A stretch of DNA of 64,000 bases from an uncultured Micrococcales bacterium (GCA_903909605.1 CAIVWH010000031.1:3704-67703), one strand, 5' to 3'. Numbered from the stretch's first letter, positions 29,972 to 40,666 are shown. Translations and numbers: made by a program. Notes: a model not told the origin generated them from the letters alone.

Positions 29972-31324
29972 CTAGTTGTCGAGCAGGTCGGTGACCAGAC
30001 CGGCAATGGCAGAGCGCTCAGAGCGAGTGAGCGTGACGTGAGCAAAAAGTTTGTTGTTCTTCAACTGCTCGACCACCGAGGCAATGCCGTCGTGACGACC
30101 CACGCGAAGGTTGTCGCGCTGGGCAACATCGTGTGTAAGCACCACGCGCGAGTTCTGACCGATTCGCGAGAGCATGGTGAGCAGCACGTTGCGCTCGAGC
30201 GACTGAGCCTCATCGACGATGACGAAGGCATCGTGCAGCGAACGACCACGGATGTGCGTCAACGGAAGCACCTCGAGCAGACCGCGGTCGACTACGTGCT
30301 CGATGACTTCCTTCGAAACCAGTGCGCTCAATGTGTCGAAAATCGCCTGACCCCAAGGGTTCATCTTTTCGGCCTCGCTGCCAGGAAGGTAGCCGAGCTC
30401 TTGACCGCCAACGGCGAATAGCGGGCGGAACACCATGATCTTCTTGTGCTGGCGACGCTCGAGAACCGACTCAAGCGCGGCACAGAGTGCCAGCGCGGAC
30501 TTACCGGTTCCGGCGCGACCACCGATTGAGATGATGCCAACCTCAGGGTCGAGCAGCAGGTCGATGGCCAGGCGCTGCTCGGCGCTGCGACCGTGAACAC
30601 CGAAGACGTCACGGTCGCCGCGAACCAACTTGATCTTCGAACCCTCCTCAACTCGACCGAGGGCACTTCCCCGCTCAGAGTGAATTACCAGGCCGGTGTT
30701 TACCGGCATGCCGGCAACCCCGGCGTGCTTGATGACCTCGGTTTCGTACAGGTCATTGAGCTCATCGCCCGAAAGGTCAATCTCGGTGATCCCAGTCCAG
30801 CCGCTGTCGGCCGCGTTGTCGTTGCGATACTCCTCGGCGTTCATGCCGAGCGATGCGGCCTTGACTCGCATCGGCAGGTCCTTCGAAACCACCGTAACGT
30901 TCTGCCCTTCGCCGGCCAGGTTGAAGGCACAGGCCAGGATGCGCGAATCATTGTCGCCCAATTGAAAACCGCTCGGCAGCACCGACTGGTCGATGTGGTT
31001 CAACTCCACTCGCAGGGTTCCGCCATCGCCCACCTGAATCGGAAAGTCGAGACGCTCATGCTCTGCGCGCAGGTCATCCAGGTTTCGGAGTGCCTGGCGG
31101 GCGTAATAGCCAATCTCGGGGTCGTGACGCTTCTTTTCGAGTTCGTTGATCACGATGATCGGAATGACGACCTCTTGTTCTTTGAACTTGAAGATCGCTC
31201 TCGGGTCACTCAACAGCACGGATGTGTCGATGACGTAGGTGCGCGTCGCTGTCGCAGCATCCGGTTTAGATTTCGAGCTTTCAGGCTTCGAGGTCTTGTT
31301 CTGGGTGCTAGCGGTTCGGGCCAC
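29972..31324 (-). CDS. PIN-domain/PhoH-like ATPase fusion (PhoH2/YlaK type)
   Basis: N-terminal PIN ([12 protein letters not shown] ... DNDSRILA). C-terminal PhoH P-loop [12 protein letters not shown] and DEAQSLE. Confidence 0.85.
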   Translation of the reverse strand: MARTASTQNKTSKPESSKSKPDAATATRTYVIDTSVLLSDPRAIFKFKEQEVVIPIIVINELEKKRHDPEIGYYARQALRNLDDLRAEHERLDFPIQVGDGGTLRVELNHIDQSVLPSGFQLGDNDSRILACAFNLAGEGQNVTVVSKDLPMRVKAASLGMNAEEYRNDNAADSGWTGITEIDLSGDELNDLYETEVIKHAGVAGMPVNTGLVIHSERGSALGRVEEGSKIKLVRGDRDVFGVHGRSAEQRLAIDLLLDPEVGIISIGGRAGTGKSALALCAALESVLERRQHKKIMVFRPLFAVGGQELGYLPGSEAEKMNPWGQAIFDTLSALVSKEVIEHVVDRGLLEVLPLTHIRGRSLHDAFVIVDEAQSLERNVLLTMLSRIGQNSRVVLTHDVAQRDNLRVGRHDGIASVVEQLKNNKLFAHVTLTRSERSAIAGLVTDLLDN

Positions 31325-31441
31325 GGCGCTCCTTGTGTTTTACCTGAGGCTGAAACTACGCCTGCTTGCCTTTGCCGGCGGGGTTCGACACGCCCGAACG
31401 CGTGAATGTTTACCTGAGTGTAATCAGCAAGGGCCAGGCGG

Positions 31442-32239
31442 CTAAGCGCCGAAACGGCGGTTGCGCCTTGCGAACGCGCGCACGGCTCGCAGGAAGTCGA
31501 CCTTGCGGAAGTCTGGCCAGAGCGCCTCTTCAAAGTAGAGCTCACTGTTGCTCGACTGCCAAAGCAAGAAGCCGCTCAACCGCTGTTCGCCCGAGGTGCG
31601 AATAATCAGATCTGGGTCTGCCTGACCACCGGTGTAAAGGTGCTCGGCAATCATCTCGGGAGACACCGCCTCGGCGAGTTGCTCGATGCTCTCTCCTCGA
31701 TCGAGGTGCTGCTTCAAAATGCTCTTGACCGCATCGGCAATTTCGGTGCGCCCCGAATAGCCGACCGCGAGGTTCACGGTTGGTTTATCGAGCGTCCTGG
31801 TTGCATTCTCAACCTGCTCGATTGTCGAGCGCAGTTCACTCGGCAGCACCTCTCGGTTACCCGCGAGCTTCACCACCCAGCGCTGACGGTTCGCCATCTC
31901 GCCCGCAACATCGCCAATGATTTTTAGCAGTTCGCTTAGTTCGTCATCCGAACGCTTGACCAGGTTGTCGGTCGACAGCAGGTAGAGGGTGACGTTGCGA
32001 ATGCCAACCTCATCGCACCAATCTAGAAATTCAAAAATCTTGGATGCGCCTGCCGCATGCCCCTTGGCAGCAGGGGCTCCCGAACGCCCGGCCCAACGGC
32101 GGTTGCCGTCCAGCATCACGGCGATGTGCTGTGGCAAGTCGGCACCCACGAGGTGACGCTCGATGCGTTGCTCGTAGATTCGATACAGAAGGTTGCGCAC
32201 GATGCAAAGTTTAGCCAAGGCAGGTGCGCCAAACCCCAC
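31442..32239 (-). CDS. uppS: isoprenyl (cis-prenyl) diphosphate synthase, UppS family
   Basis: HIAVMLDGNRRWA, the conserved C-terminal RTSGEQRLSGFLLWQ, and RRFG are present. The exact start is uncertain. Confidence 0.88.
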   Translation of the reverse strand: MGFGAPALAKLCIVRNLLYRIYEQRIERHLVGADLPQHIAVMLDGNRRWAGRSGAPAAKGHAAGASKIFEFLDWCDEVGIRNVTLYLLSTDNLVKRSDDELSELLKIIGDVAGEMANRQRWVVKLAGNREVLPSELRSTIEQVENATRTLDKPTVNLAVGYSGRTEIADAVKSILKQHLDRGESIEQLAEAVSPEMIAEHLYTGGQADPDLIIRTSGEQRLSGFLLWQSSNSELYFEEALWPDFRKVDFLRAVRAFARRNRRFGA

Positions 32240-32276
32240 AGACCCTCAGCGGGCAGGCAGCGGTTATGGTTGAGAC

Positions 32277-32969
32277 ATGGGCATCCCAGTTAGCGACGGT
32301 TTCAGCACTCCCGAACAAGAGGTCAAGCCGACCTGGCGCGGCTGGATTCACACAGGCGTTCTGCCGCTGGTAATCGCCGGCGGAGTGGTGCTGATCGTGC
32401 TGGCCCACGGCTGGGTCGCAAAGACCGCATCCGCAGTCTTCTTTGCAAGTTCGTTCCTGCTGTTCGGCAACTCGGCCCTTTACCACCGCTTCAACTGGCA
32501 GCCCCGCGTGAAAAAGGCGCTCAAGCGAATTGACCACGCCAACATCTTTTTGCTCATTGCAGGTTCGTACACGCCAATCACACTGTTGGCACTGCCGGCA
32601 AGCCGCGGCCTTTGGCTGTTGATTTCAATTTGGGCGCTAACGATCTTGGGTGTCGGGTTCCGCGTGTTCTGGATCACCGCTCCGCGTTGGCTCTATGTTC
32701 CGATCTACCTTCTTCTCGGATGGTCTGCCCTTGCGTTTATCGCTGACCTCTTCGCCGCCAACTCCGCGATGATGATTCTCATTCTCGCTGGAGGGCTGTG
32801 CTACTCGGTTGGTGCAGTGATTTACGGGCTAAAGAAACCTAACCCGATTCCGGGTCACTTCGGTTTCCACGAGATATTTCACGCGCTGACAGTTGTGGCA
32901 TTCATGTGCCACTGGACAGCATCGCTACTTATTGCGCTTAGCCCCGCTGCCGGCAGTCTTGGTGGTTGA
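32277..32969 (+). CDS. hemolysin III / PAQR family membrane protein
   Basis: 7-TM protein with HANIFLLIAGSYTP and HEIFHALTV motifs. Confidence 0.85.
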   Translation: MGIPVSDGFSTPEQEVKPTWRGWIHTGVLPLVIAGGVVLIVLAHGWVAKTASAVFFASSFLLFGNSALYHRFNWQPRVKKALKRIDHANIFLLIAGSYTPITLLALPASRGLWLLISIWALTILGVGFRVFWITAPRWLYVPIYLLLGWSALAFIADLFAANSAMMILILAGGLCYSVGAVIYGLKKPNPIPGHFGFHEIFHALTVVAFMCHWTASLLIALSPAAGSLGG

Positions 32970-33257
32970 CGGCTTCTTAGCCGCAGGTTTCTTGGCTGGC
33001 GCAGGCTTCTTAGCTTTCGCCTCGGCGGCCTGAGCCTCAGCCTCAGCCTCGAGCTTGAGGCGAATCTCCTCGCGGTAGCGCACGCGACGAACTCGACGAA
33101 CCATGTCGAAGATCAGCGCAATGGCAGCACCCGTGACGAAGAATGTAGCCAAAAAGCCGACGGTGCCAGGGCTATAAAACGTGTTGGCGGGGTCGGTGGT
33201 TGAGGTTGGGCTCGGGGTTGATGCCGCGTGAATCAACTGACTGATGGCGAAATGCAT
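32925..33257 (-). CDS. small membrane protein with Lys/Ala/Pro-rich basic C-terminal tail
   Basis: One TM (VGFLATFFVTGAAIALIF), then RRVRRVRYREE and AEAKAKKPAPAKKPAAKKPSTTK. Start is assumed at ATG 33257. Overlaps the hemolysin-III 3' end by 45 nt. Confidence 0.5.
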   Translation of the reverse strand: MHFAISQLIHAASTPSPTSTTDPANTFYSPGTVGFLATFFVTGAAIALIFDMVRRVRRVRYREEIRLKLEAEAEAQAAEAKAKKPAPAKKPAAKKPSTTKTAGSGAKRNK

Positions 33258-33293
33258 GCATCTAGTATCGCCGCCTCGGTTAGCCTTAAGGCG

Positions 33294-33683
33294 ATGAACC
33301 AGCAAGAAATCTTGGATGAGCGCTACGGCCGCACGAAGCGCTCGCGCCGGCGTGAGTTCATCTTTGGCGCATCCGTGGCGGTTGTCGCCACCCTGGGCTT
33401 TCTGGTCTGGAGCATCTTCGTGACCCAGACCAACGCCACCACCCCCTCGCCCAACACCCTGTCTTATCAGGTGCTTTCGTCAGAACAGGTCAGCGTGACC
33501 TACAGCGTCAACAACGCCGGTAACCGGGCGATCACCTGCGACCTGCAGGCCCTCGACTCGAAGTATGTGATTGTCGGTGAGCGGGAGGTCGATTTGGCGG
33601 CAGGTGCATCCCAGCAGACGAGCCTGGTGAACACCATTTCGAAGGCTGTGACCGGCGTGGTCAAAGCCTGCTGGGTGAAATAA
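33294..33683 (+). CDS. DUF4307 domain membrane-anchored protein
   Basis: MNQQEILDERYGR ... then a TM and a beta-rich domain. The position immediately upstream of greA is typical in Actinobacteria (recalled). Confidence 0.65.
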   Translation: MNQQEILDERYGRTKRSRRREFIFGASVAVVATLGFLVWSIFVTQTNATTPSPNTLSYQVLSSEQVSVTYSVNNAGNRAITCDLQALDSKYVIVGEREVDLAAGASQQTSLVNTISKAVTGVVKACWVK

Positions 33684-33694
33684 ACTTTCAAACT

Positions 33695-34183
33695 ATGTCT
33701 GAATCACAAGGAATCTGGCTCACCCAAGAGGCCTACGACCGCCTCGCCGCCGAACTCGAGCACCGCAAGGGCGCCGGCCGCAAGGAAGTCGCGCACAAGA
33801 TCTCTGAGGCTCGCGCCGAGGGTGACCTCAAGGAAAACGGCGGCTACCACGCCGCCCGCGAAGAGCAGGGCAAGAATGAGGCTCGCATTGTTCGTCTCGA
33901 AGAGCTGCTTGCAACAGCGACCGTTGACGAGGAGCGCGAGGCAAGCGGCGTGGTAGAGGCCGGCACCGTCGTGACCATCACCCTAAACGGCAACGAGCAG
34001 AAGTTCTTGCTTGGCAGTCAAGAGGTAGCAGAAGACCAGGATGAGCTTGCCGTATTCAGCCCAGAGAGTCCGCTTGGCAAAGCCATCCTTGGTCTCGAAA
34101 TCGGCTCAGAGTCTTCTTACACCGCGCCTAACGGCAAGACTTTCGCGGTCAAGGTGTTGAACGTAGAAACCTTCGTTGGCTAA
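33695..34183 (+). CDS. greA: transcription elongation factor GreA
   Basis: 162 aa with WLTQEAYDRLAAELEHR and EARAEGDLKENGGYHAAREEQ. Confidence 0.93.
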   Translation: MSESQGIWLTQEAYDRLAAELEHRKGAGRKEVAHKISEARAEGDLKENGGYHAAREEQGKNEARIVRLEELLATATVDEEREASGVVEAGTVVTITLNGNEQKFLLGSQEVAEDQDELAVFSPESPLGKAILGLEIGSESSYTAPNGKTFAVKVLNVETFVG

Positions 34184-34196
34184 CTGAACGCTTAAG

Positions 34197-34231
34197 AAAA
34201 AAGACCGAGGCTGTACTGCCTCGGTCTTTTT
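34197..34231. terminator. bidirectional rho-independent terminator between greA and the convergent ABC ATPase gene
   Basis: AAAA AAGACCGAGGC TGTACT GCCTCGGTCTT TTT: perfect 11-bp stem flanked by an A-run and a T-run. Confidence 0.85.
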
Positions 34232-34270
34232 GTAATTCAACAAGGAGAAAGTTGGATTACTTGGAATGCG

Positions 34271-34978
34271 TTACTTGCTGATTACGGTGACCTTGCCGGC
34301 CTCGATGCGCAAATGAGTCTTGGCTCGCTTAGCAACGACCGAGTCGTGAGTGACAATCACCAGTGTGATGCCCTGCTGCTTGTGCAGAGTCTCGAGCACA
34401 CCGACAATCTCGTCGCGAGTTTCTTCGTCGAGGTTTCCGGTTGGCTCATCGGCAAGGAGCACCTCTGGCGACTTCACCAGCGCACGTGCAATTGCAACGC
34501 GCTGCTGCTGTCCACCAGAAAGTTCGGTTGGGAGGTGCGCCGCCCGCTCGGCCAGACCAACCGACGCGAGTGCTGCGGCGGCTCGGTCGCGTCTTTCTTG
34601 GTCAGACACACCTAGAGGAACAAGCGCCATCTCGACGTTCTCCTGCGCGCTCAAAGTCGGAATCAGGTTGAAGGTCTGAAAAACGAAACCGATTTTGTCT
34701 GCACGGATGTCGGCAAGCGCGGCGTCATTCTTCTTCGAGAGGTCTTCATCGTCGAGAAGCACGTGGCCCTCGCTCGGACGGTCAAGGCCACCGAGGATCT
34801 GCAGAAGCGTTGACTTGCCGCCTCCGGTTGGGCCCTGGATCGAAACCATGTCGCCGCTCTTGATCTTGAGTGAGACATCCTTGAGAGCGTCGACAGCGCC
34901 GCGCTTGGTCTTGTAGCTCTTCGAAACGTTCTCGAGCGTGTAGACGAAACCCTCGTTGTTGGTCTTGAAATTAGTCAC
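34271..34978 (-). CDS. ABC transporter ATP-binding protein (MacB/LolD/FtsE-like)
   Basis: Walker A GPTGGGKSTLL, signature LSGGQQQRVAIARAL, Walker B LLADEPTGNLD. Confidence 0.9.
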   Translation of the reverse strand: MTNFKTNNEGFVYTLENVSKSYKTKRGAVDALKDVSLKIKSGDMVSIQGPTGGGKSTLLQILGGLDRPSEGHVLLDDEDLSKKNDAALADIRADKIGFVFQTFNLIPTLSAQENVEMALVPLGVSDQERRDRAAAALASVGLAERAAHLPTELSGGQQQRVAIARALVKSPEVLLADEPTGNLDEETRDEIVGVLETLHKQQGITLVIVTHDSVVAKRAKTHLRIEAGKVTVISK

Positions 34979-36496
34979 TTAAGCCACGCTCCTAAGGGCT
35001 TCTGCTGGGCTGAGTTTTGCCGCGCGAAGGCCACCAACGGCCCCGGCAACCAGACCACCGATGAGGGCAAAGCCGATTGCAAGCGCAAACATGTATGGCT
35101 CGATTGAGGCTGTCAACTGAATGCTGGTTGCCGCGGCGGTCGAGGCGCGACCTGGGCCGAAGCCACCAGGCCCACCAAAGCCGCCAAAGCCGCGGGTGGC
35201 CTGAGCCACACCTGCCGACAGGGTTGGACCGAAGGCATTGATCACCCAGACGCCTACCATGCCGAGCACCACACCAAACACGCCACCGATGAGTCCGTTG
35301 ATAATCGACTCACCGACAACCTGTCGCACGATGCGGTTCGAACGCCAGCCAATTGCCTTCAAAGTTCCAAACTCACGGATGCGTCGGTTGACTCCCGAGG
35401 TAGTGAACAGAATCGCGGTGAGGAATGCCGCAAGCAAAACGACTGCTGCAAGCCAACCACCCATGTTCTTGGTGAGGTCGGCAGCTGTGCCGAGCGATCC
35501 CGACACGTTCGAGGCGAGGTCATCCTGGGTTGAAACCGTGGCACCGGAAACGTCGTTCTTGATAGCTGCCTTAAGAGTTGAAATTTGCGACGAGTCTTTC
35601 GCGGTCACATAGATGTTGCTGACCACACCGGCGTTCGACGAAAGTGTCTGCGCGAGTGATAGCGGAATGTATGCGTTCGATGAAGTTGACGATTCGGACT
35701 TCGACTGAACGATCCCGATTACTGTGAAACTTTTCGATGCGATGGTGAGGGTGCTGCCAACCTTGAGCGCCTGACCGGTTGCATAGGTCTGGTCGAGAAT
35801 AACGTTGTATGCGGTTGCATCCACCGCGGTGAAAACGCGACCCGAGGTGACGTTCACGCCATTGAGCGGACCAGCCGTCAGCACATCGGTCGGCACACCT
35901 TCGACAGACATCGAGTTCACGTCGAACTGTGATCCGCCGTTGCCGTCGAAACCGCCGCGGAAGCCGCCCTGGCCACTGCCGAAAGTGGGTGCGGTCGCGC
36001 CAGGTGCTGGCACTGCGCCGGTGCCGCCGTTTGCTGAACCCGAGTTGCCCGATGTCGAACCCGAGCTTTGGTTGAAAGTCGGCAATGTTCCGCTGAAGTT
36101 AGTCGAGTTGAGCTTTAGGGTCGCAACGGCAACCTTTACGAGCGATTCAGCCTGAACTGCCTTGACCTGTGCATCGGTCAAAGTACCAACGCCGAACTGG
36201 GTGCGCAGGTTGCTGCGGCTAAACGTGCGGCGCTGCGAAATCGCGGTGCCATCCTGGGCGCCAATCTGGAAGCGCTGACGGAACCCGCCAGTGCCAGGAG
36301 CTTGGGTCTTCGAGACCGAGATGTCGGTGCCGACACCGTAAAGCCCGCTGAGCGCCTGCGCCTGGGCCGACTTGATGCCGTTGCCGAGGCCACTCACGAT
36401 GAGCACTAGGGCGATGGCCACCGCCATGCCCGACGAAATCAAAAGAGTTTGCTTGCGACGCTTGGTCAGCTCGCGAAGCAGATACGTGAGAAACAT
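34979..36496 (-). CDS. FtsX/MacB-type ABC transporter permease with large extracytoplasmic domain
   Basis: MFLTYLLRELTKRRKQTLL N-terminus, a TM, ~330-aa extracellular region and a C-terminal FtsX-type helices. GAAAGGGG RBS before ATG 36496. Abuts the ATPase gene. Confidence 0.85.
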   Translation of the reverse strand: MFLTYLLRELTKRRKQTLLISSGMAVAIALVLIVSGLGNGIKSAQAQALSGLYGVGTDISVSKTQAPGTGGFRQRFQIGAQDGTAISQRRTFSRSNLRTQFGVGTLTDAQVKAVQAESLVKVAVATLKLNSTNFSGTLPTFNQSSGSTSGNSGSANGGTGAVPAPGATAPTFGSGQGGFRGGFDGNGGSQFDVNSMSVEGVPTDVLTAGPLNGVNVTSGRVFTAVDATAYNVILDQTYATGQALKVGSTLTIASKSFTVIGIVQSKSESSTSSNAYIPLSLAQTLSSNAGVVSNIYVTAKDSSQISTLKAAIKNDVSGATVSTQDDLASNVSGSLGTAADLTKNMGGWLAAVVLLAAFLTAILFTTSGVNRRIREFGTLKAIGWRSNRIVRQVVGESIINGLIGGVFGVVLGMVGVWVINAFGPTLSAGVAQATRGFGGFGGPGGFGPGRASTAAATSIQLTASIEPYMFALAIGFALIGGLVAGAVGGLRAAKLSPAEALRSVA

Positions 36497-36582
36497 TGAT
36501 GCCCCTTTCAGGATGGTCAAACTGCAATCAGTTTGTTCAGCGAGTCTGGACTAACGCTGAGAACAGTCGCAGAGGTTTCTGT

Positions 36583-37821
36583 TTATTCCTCGCTGGCGAT
36601 GCGGGCCTTGAGTCCGGCATCCTTGAGCGCCTTCATGACCTCGTCGCGGTGCGCGGCACCTGAGGTTTCAACCGAGAGCTTGAGCTCTACCTCGCCGATA
36701 TCGAAACCGCCGCCGTGGCGCGTGTGCACAACCTCGACCACGTTGCCGTGAGCCTTGGCGATTGCCTCGGCGGTCTTCACGAGCTGACCCGGGCGGTCTG
36801 GAAGCTTGACGCTGATGGTGGTGTTGCGCTGGGCGGCCTCGAGACCGTGTCCAATCACCTTCTGAAGTAACATCGGGTCGATGTTGCCTCCACTGAGAAC
36901 AGCAACTGTCTTGCCCTTCGGCTTGATCTTGCCACTGAGCAGTGCGGCTACCGAGACGGCGCCTGCTGGTTCGACAACAAGTTTCGAACGTTCGAGCAAA
37001 ACCACAATGGCCTGAGCAATCTGCGAATCGCTGACCGTCACGACTTTGTCGAGGTGGGTCTTGATTAGATCGAACGGAATCTGTCCAGGCTTTGCAACCG
37101 CGATGCCGTCGGCGATGGTTGCCCTGGTGCTGATCTGAGTAGGCACGCCAGCCCTGAGCGAGGCCACGTAGCTCGCCGCATTCTCGGCTTGCACCCCGAT
37201 GACCTGAATCTTTTTGCCGCGCTTCGCGGCCTCGAGCTTGGCAGCAACAGCAACGCCGGCTGCAAGACCGCCACCGCCAATTGCAACCACGATGGTCTTC
37301 ACATCGTCTAGCTCATGCATAATTTCAAGACCGACAGTGCCCTGCCCGATGACTACATCGAGGTTGTCGTAGGGCGGAATGAAGATTGCGCCCTTCTTCG
37401 CCGCATACACCTTGGCGGCCTCGAGAGTTTCGGCAAATACCGCACCCTGAAGCACTACATTCGCGCCATAGCTCTTGGTGGCCTCGAACTTAGGCAGGCT
37501 GGCACCGACCGGCATGAAAATGGTGGCCTTGATGCCGAGCTTCTTGGCAGCGAGAGCAACACCTTGGGCGTGATTGCCGGCCGAGGCCGCAACGACTCCG
37601 CGCTTGCGTTCATCCTTGGTGAGTTTGCTCATGCGGTTGAAGGCGCCGCGCAACTTGTATGCACCGGTGCGCTGCAGGTTCTCGGCCTTCAGAAAAACGT
37701 CGTGACCGACCAGGTGTGACAAATAGTTTGAGTGCAAAATCGGGGTCTCCACGGCAACCTGGCGCACATTGATTAGCGCCTGCTCAAACTCGGCGAGGGT
37801 CGGAACGTGGGTGTTGGTCAT
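36583..37821 (-). CDS. ilvA: threonine ammonia-lyase (threonine dehydratase) with C-terminal ACT-like domain
   Basis: PLP-lysine context (ENLQRTGAYKLRGA), ASAGNHAQGVA, GGGGL loop. Start is at ATG 37821. Confidence 0.88.
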   Translation of the reverse strand: MTNTHVPTLAEFEQALINVRQVAVETPILHSNYLSHLVGHDVFLKAENLQRTGAYKLRGAFNRMSKLTKDERKRGVVAASAGNHAQGVALAAKKLGIKATIFMPVGASLPKFEATKSYGANVVLQGAVFAETLEAAKVYAAKKGAIFIPPYDNLDVVIGQGTVGLEIMHELDDVKTIVVAIGGGGLAAGVAVAAKLEAAKRGKKIQVIGVQAENAASYVASLRAGVPTQISTRATIADGIAVAKPGQIPFDLIKTHLDKVVTVSDSQIAQAIVVLLERSKLVVEPAGAVSVAALLSGKIKPKGKTVAVLSGGNIDPMLLQKVIGHGLEAAQRNTTISVKLPDRPGQLVKTAEAIAKAHGNVVEVVHTRHGGGFDIGEVELKLSVETSGAAHRDEVMKALKDAGLKARIASEE

Positions 37822-37840
37822 AAGGCTAAAGTTTAGTTTG

Positions 37841-39094
37841 ATGAACCCGAAGCCTTCCATATCGATTTCGCTGCATGAAGCCAGGATGCTCGCGCTGCAC
37901 GCCACCGGATTGCACGAGTCGACCGCCCCCACCTCGGTGATTGAGACCATCGACCGACTGGGCGTGCTGCAGATCGACAGCGTGAACGTCTTCGAACGCG
38001 CTCACTACATGCCGCTGTTCTCCCGACTCGGGGCATACGACAAGGCTGAGCTCGACAACCTGCACGGTGGCAAGCACCCGGTGCTGATTGAGTACTGGGC
38101 CCACGAGGCATCGTTCATTCGAACCGAGCACTACCCGCTCTTCGGCTTCCGCCAGGAGTACAACCAGCGTGGAACCAGGGAGCGCTGGGAAATCTGGGCG
38201 GCTAAAAATCGCGAGTTCCTGGACTGGATCCAGGGCGAGATCCGCACCCGCGGACCATTATCGACCAGCGACTTCGAGCACGAAAGAGCCGAGCGCAAGG
38301 GTTCGTGGTGGGGTTGGAGCGATGTGAAGCACGCCCTCGAATACATGTTCATGTATGGCGAACTGGTCAGCGGTGGCCGCGACGGTTTTTCACGCCTGTA
38401 TGCGCTGCCGGAACAGGTGCTTCCAAAGAGGCTCATGGCGAAGCAGGTTGACCCAATGGTCGCTCGCAAACAACTTCTTGTGAAATCTGCCGAGGCGCTC
38501 GGGGTTGCCACCGGCAAAGACCTTGCCGACTATTTCAGACAGAACTTCGTAAAGGTCAAGCCACTGCTGGCAGAGCTCGTGGCCGAAAAGAAGCTGGTGC
38601 CTGCCCAGGTCGAGGGCTGGAAGGATTTGGCCTACATCCCCGCATCTTTGGATGTAGCGGCAACCGTTGCCGAGGTCGGCAAGAGCAGCCGAACTACCCT
38701 GCTGAGCCCATTTGACCCGCTGGTTTGGTTTCGCGACCGCGCAGAGCGCCTGTGGAACTTCACCTACCGCATCGAGATTTACACCCCTGAGCCAAAACGC
38801 ATTTACGGTTACTACACGCTGCCACTACTTTGGCGCGGCAAAGTCGTTGGTCGCGTCGATCTCAAAAACGATCGGCAGAGCAAAACCCTGCTTGTGCAAA
38901 GTGCGTGGCACGAAGAGTTCGGAAGTGCATCCGATGTGAAGTCGGGGTTGGCTCTAGGCGAGAAAGATATGCCCGCCCTCGCGAAAGACCTTGCCAAGCA
39001 CTTGCGAGAGATGGCCAAGTGGCAAGGCTGCAAGACCATCGAGGTAAAGCAAAAGGGCAACCTTTCGGCTGCCCTTGCTGCTCAAATTCGTTAG
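37841..39094 (+). CDS. winged-helix DNA glycosylase YcaQ/AlkZ family (DUF1006)
   Basis: SLHEARMLALHATGL ... LGVLQIDSVNVFERAHYMPLFSR ... EYWAHEASF matches the YcaQ family pattern as I recall it. Confidence 0.7.
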   Translation: MNPKPSISISLHEARMLALHATGLHESTAPTSVIETIDRLGVLQIDSVNVFERAHYMPLFSRLGAYDKAELDNLHGGKHPVLIEYWAHEASFIRTEHYPLFGFRQEYNQRGTRERWEIWAAKNREFLDWIQGEIRTRGPLSTSDFEHERAERKGSWWGWSDVKHALEYMFMYGELVSGGRDGFSRLYALPEQVLPKRLMAKQVDPMVARKQLLVKSAEALGVATGKDLADYFRQNFVKVKPLLAELVAEKKLVPAQVEGWKDLAYIPASLDVAATVAEVGKSSRTTLLSPFDPLVWFRDRAERLWNFTYRIEIYTPEPKRIYGYYTLPLLWRGKVVGRVDLKNDRQSKTLLVQSAWHEEFGSASDVKSGLALGEKDMPALAKDLAKHLREMAKWQGCKTIEVKQKGNLSAALAAQIR

Positions 39095-39159
39095 TGCCTG
39101 ACCAATCGCAATTGGTGCACCGCAGACGAGCAACGCCCACCAGCGCCCCTAAAGGATAT

Positions 39160-40059
39160 CTAAAAGGTTGAGCTCATCTTCTTAAGACGCGCGATGCGGT
39201 CAGGAATCGGCGGGTGTGTAGAAAACGCACGCTCGATGAGACCTGGCTTAATCGGGTCTGCGATGTACATGTGCGCCATCGACTTAGATGCACGACGCAT
39301 GGGTCTGCCGTACTGACCGAGCTTTGCCAGCGCGCTCTCGAGCCCCTCTGGGTAGCGGGTGATCTCGGCGCTGGTGGCATCGGCGAGGTATTCGCGCTGA
39401 CGTGAGACCGCGGCGGTAACTAACGGGCCTATGAACCAAGCGATGATTGAGCCAACCACGCCAACCAGAACGAGAACCAGACCGAGACCTTGGTCGTTGT
39501 TGTTGCGGTTGCGGTTATTGCCCATGTTTGACCAGAAAGCCATGCGGATGGCAAAGTCGGCAAGCAAGCCGACCGCGCTAACCAGGCCGAAAACGATGGT
39601 CGAAACACGGATGTCGTAGTTCTTCACGTGACCCATTTCGTGGGCCATGACTCCCTCGAGTTCCTTGTCGTCCATGATGGCGAGCAAGCCCGAGGTGGCT
39701 GCGACGATGGCGTGCTGCGGGTCGCGGCCGGTTGCAAATGCGTTTGGGGCTTCATCGCTGATGATGTAGACCTTCGGCATGGGCATGCCCTGAGCTATGG
39801 CCAAGTTTTCGACAGTGCGCCAGAGTCTTGGGTTGTCTGACTTTTGAATCTCGATCGCACCGCTGGCGGCAACCGCAAAGTTGCCAGCAAAGAAATATTG
39901 AATCAGCGTGTAAACCAAGATGAAGCCGATGATCAGTGCCGCGCTTGACCCGTTGCCGGATGCCTGCCCCCACCAATAACTCAGACCGCCGAGAATGGCG
40001 ACGAAGAAACCGACGATTATGAAGGTATTGCGCTTGTTGGCTGCTATTGCCGAATACAT
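39160..40059 (-). CDS. htpX: M48-family zinc metalloprotease HtpX
   Basis: HEMGHV zinc motif, 4 TM, and a C-terminal STHPPIPDRIARL. Confidence 0.9.
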   Translation of the reverse strand: MYSAIAANKRNTFIIVGFFVAILGGLSYWWGQASGNGSSAALIIGFILVYTLIQYFFAGNFAVAASGAIEIQKSDNPRLWRTVENLAIAQGMPMPKVYIISDEAPNAFATGRDPQHAIVAATSGLLAIMDDKELEGVMAHEMGHVKNYDIRVSTIVFGLVSAVGLLADFAIRMAFWSNMGNNRNRNNNDQGLGLVLVLVGVVGSIIAWFIGPLVTAAVSRQREYLADATSAEITRYPEGLESALAKLGQYGRPMRRASKSMAHMYIADPIKPGLIERAFSTHPPIPDRIARLKKMSSTF

Positions 40060-40093
40060 GTAACCCCTGGTTGAACTCGCACCTCAGGTGCGA

Positions 40094-40666
40094 CTAGAAC
40101 TTGACCTGTGGTGCATCCTTGATGGAGGCTGCGTCTTCGACCTCGAAGAACTCGCGCTCTTTGAAGCCGAGGCTGCGAACAAACAAGGTTGCAGGAAACT
40201 GCTTGATCTTGATGTTGAGTTCGCGAACTCCACCGTTGTAGAAGCGGCGCGACGCCATGATCTTGTCTTCGGTGTCGCTGAGCTCATCCTGGAGTTTTAG
40301 AAAGCCCTCGTTAGCCTGCAGCTGCGGGTAGGCCTCTGCCACCGCGAACAGGCTTTTCATGGCCGACTGGAAGTCGCCCTCGGCCTTTGCTGACTTGGCC
40401 GGCGACTTCAGGTTTTCGGGTGAGATCGAAGCCGCGCGAGCAGCCGTGACGTTTTCGAAGACGGACTTCTCGTGCTTTGCGTAGCCTTTGACCGACTCAA
40501 CGAGGTTTGGAATCAGGTCGGCTCGGCGCTTGAGCTGAATGGTGATGTCGCTCCAGGCTTCGTCGATGCGCACATTGAGGCGAACGAGGCTGTTGTAGGT
40601 GCCCCAGAAGGCAAGGCCGACAACGACGATGATGGCGATCAGGATGTAAAGAGTGTTGGTGTTCAT
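40094..40666 (-). CDS. lemA: LemA family protein
   Basis: N-terminal TM, then YNSLVRLNVRIDEAWSDITIQLKRRADLIPNL and AENRFYN-type motifs (ASRRFYNGGVRELN). Confidence 0.88.
   Translation of the reverse strand: MNTNTLYILIAIIVVVGLAFWGTYNSLVRLNVRIDEAWSDITIQLKRRADLIPNLVESVKGYAKHEKSVFENVTAARAASISPENLKSPAKSAKAEGDFQSAMKSLFAVAEAYPQLQANEGFLKLQDELSDTEDKIMASRRFYNGGVRELNIKIKQFPATLFVRSLGFKEREFFEVEDAASIKDAPQVKF

Noticed and set aside
35900-36060. Gly/Ser-rich low-complexity stretch (SGSTSGNSGSANGGTG ... GGFRGGFDGNGG) in the FtsX-type permease, considered as a possible repeat element or frameshift artefact
   Set aside because: The frame is continuous and the region lies in the extracytoplasmic loop, where linkers are tolerated. 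No DNA-level tandem repeat is evident.
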